Of a stretch of 64,000 nt of DNA, positions 18,859-27,310 are shown piece after piece. Position 1 is the stretch's first letter; the number at the start of each line of letters is the position of its first letter. The notes beneath the pieces are model-generated. The model did no database searches. It saw only the letters and a list, made by a program, of their open reading frames with translations, and was not told the DNA's origin. This stretch comes from Candidatus Binatia bacterium. GTDB taxonomy: Bacteria > Desulfobacterota > Binatia > UBA9968 > JAJDTQ01. The translations under genes were made by a program, and so were the position numbers. Location: the NCBI GenBank assembly GCA_963666515.2, contig OY762897.2, positions 4,576,001-4,640,000 on the forward strand. The letters run 5' to 3'.

Positions 18859-19931
18859 TGCCGGCACCGCAGTTGCTCGCAGTCGAGGCATTCGCAGGGG
18901 GGGGCGGTCTGGCCGTTGGTCTGCGAGAGGCCGGCATTCGGACGGTTGCGGCAATAGAGATTGAGCCACATGCGGCCGCGACGTTCAAGGCCAATCATCC
19001 TCATGTACACGTATTTCGGCAAGATGTTCGGGAGGTCTCCGGCAAGGAGTTACTGAAGTTGGCCTCGGGGGGAGTCCATGTACTTGCAGCCTGCCCGCCG
19101 TGCCAGGGGTTCTCAAGCCTTACGTCAAAATGGCGACGAGACGATTCGCGAAACGAACTCGTGTCCGAAGTAGGTCGGTTGGCCCGGGAAATGCGGCCGC
19201 AAGCGATCATGATGGAAAATGTTCCCGGGTTGGGACAGAAGGGCAAGTCTTTGCTTGATGCCCTGATCTCAGAATTGAAAGTGCTAGGTTACATGTTGAA
19301 CTGTGATGTGCTCCAGGTCGCAGACTACGGTGTTCCGCAACGCCGTCGCCGACTCGTGCTTCTGGCCGGACTGGGCTTCCACATTGACATGCCGGAACCC
19401 ACGCACTCCAGGACCGGAGCCAACGGCCTTGAAAAATGGAGGACCTTACGCGACGCAATCCACGGGATGGAGGGACCTCTCACATTTCGCGAAGCCAAGA
19501 GTCGCGGTGGCGCTCAACTGTTCGGCTGGCATGTAGTACGCGACCTCGCTCCGCAGAATCGCCGTCGATTGCAAGCGGCGAAGCCGGGTGGTACGTGGTC
19601 AGACTTTTCGGAGGACCTGCGGGTTGACTGCCACCGAGGCGAATACAGAGGATTCTCCAATGTTTACGGACGGATGGTGTGGGATGAGCCATCGGTAACG
19701 ATTACCGCCGGTTGTACGACCTTAAGCAAGGGACGTTTTGGTCATCCAGATGAAGACCGAACCATTTCGTTGCGGGAGGCCGCCACGCTGCAGACGTTCC
19801 CATCAAGTTACATTTTCGAGACCCCGTACTTTGAACGCGCATGCGAAATTGTTGGAAACGCACTCCCCTGCCTATTCGCTAAGGCGATCGCGCGACGCGT
19901 CAAAGAAGCAATGTTGGATGCGAGCGCTTGA
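18855..19931 (+). CDS. C5-cytosine DNA methyltransferase
   Basis: FAGGGG, CPPCQGFS, ENVPG, PQRRRR, SLREAATLQTFP, VGNA; ATGA overlap with the ATPase gene. Confidence 0.95.
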   Translation: MMPAPQLLAVEAFAGGGGLAVGLREAGIRTVAAIEIEPHAAATFKANHPHVHVFRQDVREVSGKELLKLASGGVHVLAACPPCQGFSSLTSKWRRDDSRNELVSEVGRLAREMRPQAIMMENVPGLGQKGKSLLDALISELKVLGYMLNCDVLQVADYGVPQRRRRLVLLAGLGFHIDMPEPTHSRTGANGLEKWRTLRDAIHGMEGPLTFREAKSRGGAQLFGWHVVRDLAPQNRRRLQAAKPGGTWSDFSEDLRVDCHRGEYRGFSNVYGRMVWDEPSVTITAGCTTLSKGRFGHPDEDRTISLREAATLQTFPSSYIFETPYFERACEIVGNALPCLFAKAIARRVKEAMLDASA

Positions 19932-20022
19932 CGCTCCGCATCATCAACGCAAGGCCACCTGAGCCGGAAGGCGGGGGCGTCGCGTTCCACCTGCCCTTAG
20001 CGCCCCGCCGGCGTCTCAAACT

Positions 20023-20280
20023 GAACACGGAGGAGAGATCATGTCCTATGCTCAGCAACTCCTGGAGGCAGGTCGGAGCCAAGGCCGAGAGGAGGGCGCA
20101 AGACAAGGAAAGGTAGAAACCGTTGAAGGTCTTCTGAGGGTCGGAGTGTCGTGGGACGTGATCGAGTCGGCGACAGGGTTGAATGAAGCCCGGTTCCACG
20201 CTCTCAAGGAGCAGTTGTCGGCGTCCGACCGGTCCGACGGGCAGGGGGTAGATAGAGTAGAGGTCGCACGGCATGACCGG
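20023..20280 (+). repeat. Imperfect direct repeat, copy 2
   Basis: Matches 15379-15653 with a 12-nt deletion and small indels near the 3' end. Confidence 0.9.
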
Positions 20281-20352
20281 AAACTTCACGGTCCGCACCA
20301 AGGGCCAAGACGAGCGCGAGTTGCTAAGCTTGACAGCCACCGTGTCCTTTGA
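20041..20352 (+). CDS. Second RpnS-like small protein; original stop lost, C-terminally extended
   Basis: MSYAQQLLEAGRSQGREEG..VIESATGL; same SD as copy 1. Confidence 0.6.
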   Translation: MSYAQQLLEAGRSQGREEGARQGKVETVEGLLRVGVSWDVIESATGLNEARFHALKEQLSASDRSDGQGVDRVEVARHDRKLHGPHQGPRRARVAKLDSHRVL

Positions 20353-21142
20353 TGATCGATATCGCCAAACGGCTTCGCTCGATGACCTGTCCCATCGCCT
20401 TATCCGGGAATTTCTGCGGGATATTGGCAGCGACCTCGCGTTCGAAGCGGCGGAGCTTTCCGTCGAGGACTTGGGCAAGCGCCTTAACATCGTCGGCGGT
20501 CCACCCGAGGCGTTGTTTCCGAAGAACGTCGGGCTGCTGTTCTTCAATGACAGCCCGCACGACTTCTTCCCCGCAACACAGATCGACGTCGTGTGGTTCC
20601 CGGACGGCCCGGGTGGGGACCAATTCGAGGAGAAAGAGTTTCGAGGTCCCCTGTCGATCATACTCCGCGAGGCCCTCGGCTTCATCGAGAGGAACTATCT
20701 GAAGGTGACGGTCGTCAAGTATCCTCACAAGCCGGAAGCGGAGCGATTTTGGAACTTTCCCATAGAGGCCATCGAAGAAGCGGTGGTCAACGCCATCTAT
20801 CACCGCTCATACGAGGAGCGGGAACCCGTGGAGGTACGCATTACCCCGGAAGAGATGGTGGTCCTGAGCTTCCCCGGCCCCGACCGATCCATCCGCATGG
20901 AAGATTTCAAGACAGGGCAAGCCGTCAGCCGCCGCTACCGCAATCGCCGGATTGGAGAGTTTCTCAAGGAACTCGATCTGGCCAAAGGCAGGTCAACCGG
21001 AGTACCCAAGATTCTGCGGGCCATGCGGGGAAACGGCTCTCCGGCCCCGGTTTTCGAGAGCGACGAAGATCGCACTTGGTTCCTGGTCCGGCTTCCGGTG
21101 CACGAGCCACCGGCAATCAAGAGGAAGAACGCCCCTAAATGA
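20273..21142 (+). pseudogene. N-terminally deleted AlbA_2/HATPase_c_4 protein (open frame, Schlafen-like domain missing)
   Basis: EEAVVNAIYHRSY, SRRYRNRRIGEFLKEL, GRSTGVPKI; MTG joined directly to the mid-gene sequence. Confidence 0.7.
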
Positions 21143-22632
21143 ACACCGCCCCCATCGTCTCCAAAGTCTGGAGCTTTTGCACGACCCTGCGCGACGACGG
21201 CGTCAGCTATGGCGACTACCTGGAGCAGCTTACCTACCTGATCTTCCTCAAGATGGCCGACGAGTACGGGAAGCCGTTGCGCAACCGTGACGTGGGCATC
21301 CCGGCCGAGTACAACTGGTCGAGCCTGAGGTCGAAGCGGGGCGCGGAACTGGAAAGCCACTACGTCACGCTGCTTCGCGAGCTTGGCGCCAAGACCGGCA
21401 TGCTGGGGCAGATCTTCACCAAGGCGCAGAACAAGATCCAGGACCCGGCGAAACTGTACCGTCTCATCGACATGGTGGACGACACCGAGTGGGTCACCAT
21501 GGGCGCCGACGTCAAGGGGGACATCTACGAGGGTCTGCTTGAGAGGAACGCCGAGGACACGAAGTCGGGCGCCGGGCAGTATTTCACGCCTCGCGCCCTC
21601 ATCCGCGCCATGGTGGAATGCTTGCGGCCGGAACCGGGAAAGCTCATCGCCGACCCGGCCTGCGGCACCGGCGGGTTCTTTCTCGCGGCCTACGACTTCC
21701 TCAACAACCGGGACAACTTCAACCTGGATCGGCAGCAGAACGCCTTCCTCAAGCACGAGACGTTTCACGGCAACGAGATCGTCGCCAATACCCGGCGCCT
21801 GTGCCTGATGAACATGCTCCTCCACAACATCGGCGAGATTGACGGCAGCGCGCCCATATCGCCCAATGACGCGCTGGTGGCCGATTCCGGGCAGCGCTTC
21901 GACTACGTGTTCGCCAACCCGCCGTTCGGCAAGAAGAGCTCCATGAGCTTCACCAACGAGGAAGGGGAGCAGGAGACGGACGAGCTGACCTACAACCGGC
22001 AGGATTTCTGGGCTGCCACCTCCAACAAGCAGCTCAATTTCGTGCAGCACATCCGTACCATGCTCAAGACCGACGGCCGCGCCGCGGTCGTGGTGCCGGA
22101 CAACGTGCTGTTCGAGGGCGGCGCCGGCGAGACCATACGCAAGAAGCTGCTGGACAGCACGGACCTGCACACGATCCTGCGCCTTCCCACCGGCGTGTTC
22201 TACGCCCAGGGGGTCAAGGCCAACGTGATCTTCTTCGACAACCGCGAAGCCAGCCCCGATCCCTGGACGAAGCGGGTCTGGTACTACGACTACCGCACCA
22301 ACATTCACCACACGCTCAAGAAGAAGCCCATGCGCTACGAGGACCTGTCGGATTTCGTGAAGTGCTACAACCCGCGGAACCGGCATCGGCGCAAGCCCAC
22401 CTGGGACGAGAACGCCGCGCCGGAGGGCCGCTGGCGCAGCTACAGCTACGAGGAACTCACCGCCCGCGACAAGACCAGCCTCGACATCTTCTGGCTCAAG
22501 GACAAGAGCCTGACCGACCTGGACAACCTGCCCGAACCCGACGACTTGGCCGAGGAGATCATCGAGAACATCGAAGCCGGCCTCAACAGTTTCCGCGAGG
22601 TGCTTGCCGGGTTGCGGCAGGCGGGCGGTTAA
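21139..22632 (+). CDS. hsdM: Type I R-M N6-adenine methyltransferase subunit
   Basis: GQYFTPR, DPACGTGGF, NPPF, TILRLPTG. Confidence 0.96.
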   Translation: MNTAPIVSKVWSFCTTLRDDGVSYGDYLEQLTYLIFLKMADEYGKPLRNRDVGIPAEYNWSSLRSKRGAELESHYVTLLRELGAKTGMLGQIFTKAQNKIQDPAKLYRLIDMVDDTEWVTMGADVKGDIYEGLLERNAEDTKSGAGQYFTPRALIRAMVECLRPEPGKLIADPACGTGGFFLAAYDFLNNRDNFNLDRQQNAFLKHETFHGNEIVANTRRLCLMNMLLHNIGEIDGSAPISPNDALVADSGQRFDYVFANPPFGKKSSMSFTNEEGEQETDELTYNRQDFWAATSNKQLNFVQHIRTMLKTDGRAAVVVPDNVLFEGGAGETIRKKLLDSTDLHTILRLPTGVFYAQGVKANVIFFDNREASPDPWTKRVWYYDYRTNIHHTLKKKPMRYEDLSDFVKCYNPRNRHRRKPTWDENAAPEGRWRSYSYEELTARDKTSLDIFWLKDKSLTDLDNLPEPDDLAEEIIENIEAGLNSFREVLAGLRQAGG

Positions 22633-22732
22633 GCAGCCAAACGTGCCTACTATAGGCCGCGAACACCATCAGAGGTGCCCGGGTTGGAGTGGGGCTACGT
22701 GTTTCGATGGGGCTCTCACTGGCCCCTGGCTT

Positions 22733-22761
22733 TTGCAATCCACCTCCCGGTATTGTATGCT
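22733..22761 (+). promoter_or_regulatory. Sigma70-like promoter
   Basis: TTGCAA-17 nt-TATGCT with TG just upstream of the -10. Confidence 0.55.
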
Positions 22762-22769
22762 TGATTCCT

Positions 22770-22845
22770 ACCTTCGGCCACCCCGGCTATACTGTATATA
22801 GGGGGGCCGAACTACAGAAGGCCCCTGCGGGGGCCTTCTCACTTT
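22770..22845 (+). ncRNA. Candidate structured leader or small RNA: hairpin plus terminator-like hairpin
   Basis: TTCGGCCACCCC..TATACTGTATA..GGGGGGCCGAA stem, then AGAAGGCCCC-TGCG-GGGGCCTTCT-CACTTT. Confidence 0.45.
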
Positions 22846-22859
22846 GGGGGGAGAAGCGT

Positions 22860-23202
22860 ATGTCACGGGCGGCGATATTTGTCGATGCCGGGTACCTGTT
22901 TGCCCAGGGCTCCACGGCATCAGGACTCACCAGGAATGAGTACCAGTGAACCCGATCATGATGACCGGAGGATGCTGACGGACTTCATCGAGCGATTCGT
23001 CAATGAGCTCAGCGATGACCAGATCACCAAGCTGAGGGAACACTGGGCCAGGGCAGATGACGTTCCTCCAGAATATGACGGCAAGTTGCTGGCGACAGGG
23101 CGTTCCATTCTAGGGCGCAAGTTGGATCAGGAGGAACGACGGTTTCTCCGAGGCACATTCAGAGAGAAAGTGAGTTCGCCTGTGTCGAGCGGGGCGAGTT
23201 GA
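22860..23202 (+). pseudogene. NYN (LabA/DUF88-like PIN) domain gene with large internal deletion and frameshift
   Basis: MSRAAIFVDAGYLFAQGS N-terminus, then a different-frame C-terminal piece (VPPEYDGKLLA..LGRKLDQEERRFLR). Confidence 0.65.
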
Positions 23203-23384
23203 CGCCTGCTTCAGGAGGTCAGCGTGAGATGGAGACCGCACGGCATGCGGCCCGCTATACGTTCAATAAGACCCGGAGAGTCAACCTGCCGCTCACCGAG
23301 AACAGATAACTGGCGTCAATCCCGTGAAGGATTGGCAGCAGGAAGTCGGTAGCGCATTGGCGCTAGCGCCAGCCTTCCTCCAGC

Positions 23385-24875
23385 ATGGACTCACCTGCAA
23401 CAGTCCTCGTCACCGGCGCCACCGGCTACATCGGCGGTCGTCTGACTCCGCACCTCCTTCGAGAAGGCCATCACGTACGCGTCCTGGCTCGCAGTGCCGC
23501 CCGTGTCCGCTCGCGTTCCTGGGCGGAGCGGGTTGAGATCGTCGAGGGCGACGCGCTCGACCGGGACACGCTGTCGCGCGCTCTGGCGGGCGTCGATTGC
23601 GCCTTCTACCTGATCCACAGCATGGGCAGCGGCGCGGGGTTCCACGAGATGGACCTGGAGGCGGCGCGGCTTTTCGGACAGGTTGCCCGCGAAGTCGGCG
23701 TCCGCCGGATCGTCTATCTGGGAGGATTGGGCGACCCCAAGGCCGACCTGTCGCAACACCTGCGCTCCAGGCAAGAGACGGGGCGGGCGCTTCGCGAAGC
23801 GGGCGTTCCGGTGACGGAGTTCCGGGCGGCGGTGATCGTGGGCTCCGGCAGCATCTCCTTCGAGATGATCCGCTACTTGGTGGAGCGGCTGCCGGTGATG
23901 GTCTGTCCCCGCTGGATCTACTCGCGCGTCCAGCCCATCGCGGTGAACGACGTGCTGGACTATCTTGCCGCGGCAGTGACCAACGCCGCGTGCGGCGACA
24001 AGGAGATCGAGATCGGCGGCGAAGGGGTGACCACGTACAAGGGAATGATGCTGGGGTATGCCAGGGCCAGGGGTCTCCGGCGCTGGCTCGTGCCGGTGCC
24101 GGTGCTCACGCCGCGCCTCTCGTCGTACTGGGTGCACTGGATCACGCCGATCCCGTCCAGGGTGAGCGGCCCGCTCATCGAGGGGCTTCGGAACGAGGTG
24201 ATGGTGACCGGCCGTCTGGCGCGGGAGCTGTTCCCGCAAATCCAGCCGCGGGACTACGCTGCGGCCATCGCGGAGGTGATCGAGGACCTGGAGCACGGAC
24301 GCATCGAGACCGCCTGGAGCGACGCCCACGGCGCGCCCGCGTCAGCGGATTCGTTCTCCCGCGTGGAGTCCCACGAGGGGATGATCTTCGAGCGCCGCGC
24401 ACGACAGGTGGCGGCGCCGCCCAGCGAAGTGTACCGGGTGTTCACCGGCATCGGCGGCGACCGGGGCTGGTTCCATGCCGACTGGATGTGGCGCGTCCGG
24501 GGCAGGTTCGACCGCCTGCTGGGCGGCGTGGGGCTGCGCCGGGGACGCCGGCACCCAGACGAGTTGCGCGTGGGCGACGCGCTGGATTTCTGGCGGGTGG
24601 AGGCGCTTGAGCCGGACAGGCTGGTTCGCCTGAGGGCGGAGATGAAGCTGCCTGGCCGCGCTTGGCTCCAGTTCCGGGTGTCGGCGACCGGGGACGGGAA
24701 AACCCGGCTGGAGCAGACCGCGGCCTTCCTTCCCAAGGGCCTGGGCGGCCTGCTTTACTGGTACGGCCTGTACCCGGTCCACGCTCGCATCTTCGACGGA
24801 ATGGCGCGGGAGATCGCAAGGCGCGCCGAGGCGGGCGGGGAACGGACGCCTGGATTCCGGCTTTCGCCGGAATGA
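23385..24875 (+). CDS. NAD(P)-binding SDR-like protein with C-terminal DUF2867 (YbjT-like)
   Basis: VLVTGATGYIGG, YLIHSM, HLRSR, GDALDFWRVE, AEMKLPGRAWL. Confidence 0.9.
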   Translation: MDSPATVLVTGATGYIGGRLTPHLLREGHHVRVLARSAARVRSRSWAERVEIVEGDALDRDTLSRALAGVDCAFYLIHSMGSGAGFHEMDLEAARLFGQVAREVGVRRIVYLGGLGDPKADLSQHLRSRQETGRALREAGVPVTEFRAAVIVGSGSISFEMIRYLVERLPVMVCPRWIYSRVQPIAVNDVLDYLAAAVTNAACGDKEIEIGGEGVTTYKGMMLGYARARGLRRWLVPVPVLTPRLSSYWVHWITPIPSRVSGPLIEGLRNEVMVTGRLARELFPQIQPRDYAAAIAEVIEDLEHGRIETAWSDAHGAPASADSFSRVESHEGMIFERRARQVAAPPSEVYRVFTGIGGDRGWFHADWMWRVRGRFDRLLGGVGLRRGRRHPDELRVGDALDFWRVEALEPDRLVRLRAEMKLPGRAWLQFRVSATGDGKTRLEQTAAFLPKGLGGLLYWYGLYPVHARIFDGMAREIARRAEAGGERTPGFRLSPE

Positions 24876-24878
24876 CGG
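24849..24878. repeat. REP-like palindrome (CGTC family), single copy supplying the upstream gene's stop codon
   Basis: CCTGGATTCCGGCTTTCGCCGGAATGACGG identical to 41173-41202. Confidence 0.85.
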
Positions 24879-24899
24879 AAAGATCGGAGGTTGAGTAAA

Positions 24900-25913
24900 A
24901 TGCGTTTTGGTATTGCGTTCGGGAGCTACCCTTCCGACCTGGACCGGGCGGGCGTCGTCCGCGACTTCACGGCCCGGGCGCGGGTGGCCCACGCCAGCAA
25001 CTACGAGGCGCTGTTCGTGGCCCAGCATTACTCCACCGGGCCGGACGCGGCCATGCTGCAGTCCCTGCCGCTGCTGTCCTACTTCGCCGGTCTGACACCG
25101 GGCATGTACCTCGGGACGGCGATATTTCTGCTGCCCATGCACCAGCCGCTGATGGTGGCGGAGTACACGGCCACCCTCGACAACCTGTGCGACGGCAAGT
25201 TCCTGTTCGGCATCGGCCAGGGTTATCGCGACGTCGAATTCACCTCCATGGGCGTGCCCATGCGGGAGAAGCGTCCGCGGCTTGAGGAGAGCATCGAGGT
25301 GGTGAAGCGGCTGTGGACCGAGGACGAGGTGCGCCACCAGGGCGGTTTCTACCGCATCGACGGCGTCACCATCCACCCCAAGCCCTTGCAGAAGCCCCGG
25401 CCGCCTATCCTGCTGGGCGCTGACACGGTTCCCACTGTGGAACGGGTGCCGGAGGTGGCCGACCACTGGATAGCCAGCCGCCGTCACACCAAGACGTTCC
25501 TGCGCGAAGCCGTGCCCGCCTACAAGCGCGCCTTGGATGCCCACGGCAGGCCCTTCGAGGGCCTCTACATCTTCCGCGACCTCTGCGTCGCCGACAGCCG
25601 CAAGCAGGCGGAAGACCGCATCCGCGAGGGTTACGAGCGGCGCTACGAACGTTACCAGCGCTGGGGCCAGCCCGGCGAGCGCTACGACCTGCCCTTCGAG
25701 CAGTTGCAGCAGGACCGCCTCGTCCTCGGCAGCCCCGCGGAGGTGGCCGAGCAGGTGCTCTCCTACCACCAGGAGTTCGGCGCCGAGATCATGTGGTTCA
25801 TGGTGGACTGGCCCGGCATGGATTCCGCCATCACCCTCGAAACCATCCAGCGCTTCGGCGAGGAGGTGATACCGGAGTTGAAGCGGCTGACGCCGGAGTG
25901 CCGGTTGCCGTAG
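24900..25913 (+). CDS. LLM-class flavin-dependent oxidoreductase
   Basis: VAQHYS, AEYTATLDNLCDGKF..GIGQGYR, PKPLQKPRPPI, GSPAEVAE. Confidence 0.9.
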   Translation: MRFGIAFGSYPSDLDRAGVVRDFTARARVAHASNYEALFVAQHYSTGPDAAMLQSLPLLSYFAGLTPGMYLGTAIFLLPMHQPLMVAEYTATLDNLCDGKFLFGIGQGYRDVEFTSMGVPMREKRPRLEESIEVVKRLWTEDEVRHQGGFYRIDGVTIHPKPLQKPRPPILLGADTVPTVERVPEVADHWIASRRHTKTFLREAVPAYKRALDAHGRPFEGLYIFRDLCVADSRKQAEDRIREGYERRYERYQRWGQPGERYDLPFEQLQQDRLVLGSPAEVAEQVLSYHQEFGAEIMWFMVDWPGMDSAITLETIQRFGEEVIPELKRLTPECRLP

Positions 25914-26046
25914 TGGTCGCAGGCTTCCCGGTGTAGAGCTCGACTTCACGCATGGGATGGAATCTGCCACGGCCGGGCCGGACAGGGAAGGCCATTCACT
26001 CCAGGACAGACAGGAGGTGTGATTGGGGTATTTGCAGGACGGCGGC

Positions 26047-26111
26047 CGTTATTGTAGATTGGGGCTATAAAATACAATAGCGAGCGTCGTTATTGTAATT
26101 GCGTTCAATAG
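26047..26111 (+). promoter_or_regulatory. Repeated and inverted TATTGTA boxes upstream of the fic gene (probable operator)
   Basis: CGTTATTGTA at 26047 and 26088, inverted TACAATA at 26073, TTCAATA at 26104. Confidence 0.45.
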
Positions 26112-26123
26112 GGAAGCCCTGCC

Positions 26124-27284
26124 ATGGAGCGCGGAGAATGCGGGCGCTATCAGGTGACTCGCGTCGGCGAGGAGAGCGTTCGCGCCTTCGTGCCGGCGCC
26201 ACTGCCGCCTCAACCGCCTTTGGTCCTGGACGCTTCGTTGCAACAGGCTTTGGAATCGGCGGTCTTGGCTCTTGGCCGTCTCGACGGTGTCGCGACGCTC
26301 TTGCCGGACCACGAACTGTTCCTGTACGCCTACGTCCGCAAGGAAGCGGTGCTCTCGTCTCAAATCGAAGGTACGCAATCGTCGTTCTCCGATCTTCTTC
26401 TCTTCGAATTGGAGGAAGCCCCGGGAGTGCCGGTCGACGACGTGGTTGAGGTCTCGAACTACGTGGCGGCACTCCACTACGGGTTGAGCCGCCTTGGGGA
26501 CCAGTTTCCGCTCTCGAATCGCCTCATCCGCGAGATCCACGCCGTCCTGTTGTCAGGGGAACGGAACCGCTCCATGACGCCCGGTGAGTTTCGTCGTTCA
26601 CAGAACTGGATCGGCGGCTCCCGGCCGGGCAACGCTGTCTTTGTTCCGCCACCACACCAGGCCGTTCCCGGCTGCATGTCGGCGCTTGAACGTTTCCTCT
26701 ACTCCGAGGAGTTGCCGGTCCTGCTGCGGGCCGCGCTCTCGCACGTGCAGTTCGAAACCATTCATCCTTTTCTGGACGGGAACGGTCGTGTGGGGCGTTT
26801 GCTGATCACCCTGCTGCTGTGCGACGCCGGTGTGCTGCGCCAGCCGCTCCTGTATCTCAGCCTTTTCCTGAAGCAAAACCGGAGTACGTACTACGATCTT
26901 CTAAGTCGCGTGCGCAGCACCGGCGACTGGGAAGCATGGCTTGACTTCTTCCTTGAAGGGGTGAAACTGACGGCCGACGGCGCGGTAGGCACCGCTCGAC
27001 GCCTGTCCCGGATGTTTCAGGATGACCGGGATCGGGTCCAGACCGTTGGAGGTCGGAGAGCGGGCACGGCGCTACGCGTTCACGAGGCGCTCAAGTCCCG
27101 GCCGATCCTGTCGCTGCCCGGCGTGTGCCGTGATACCGACCTTACTTTTCACACCGTCGCTTCGGCCATGGCGCTTCTCGTGAGCCAGGGAATCGCCCGG
27201 GAGATTACCGGGAAGCGGCGTCACCGGCTGTTCGCCTACGATCAGTATCTCTCCATTCTCAACGAAGGGACCGAGGCGCCGTGA
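26124..27284 (+). CDS. Fic family protein with N-terminal inhibitory helix and C-terminal HTH
   Basis: SSQIEG, HPFLDGNGRVGR. Confidence 0.93.
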   Translation: MERGECGRYQVTRVGEESVRAFVPAPLPPQPPLVLDASLQQALESAVLALGRLDGVATLLPDHELFLYAYVRKEAVLSSQIEGTQSSFSDLLLFELEEAPGVPVDDVVEVSNYVAALHYGLSRLGDQFPLSNRLIREIHAVLLSGERNRSMTPGEFRRSQNWIGGSRPGNAVFVPPPHQAVPGCMSALERFLYSEELPVLLRAALSHVQFETIHPFLDGNGRVGRLLITLLLCDAGVLRQPLLYLSLFLKQNRSTYYDLLSRVRSTGDWEAWLDFFLEGVKLTADGAVGTARRLSRMFQDDRDRVQTVGGRRAGTALRVHEALKSRPILSLPGVCRDTDLTFHTVASAMALLVSQGIAREITGKRRHRLFAYDQYLSILNEGTEAP

Positions 27285-27310
27285 CAGCGGCGCGGACGGA
27301 GCGAGACGTC

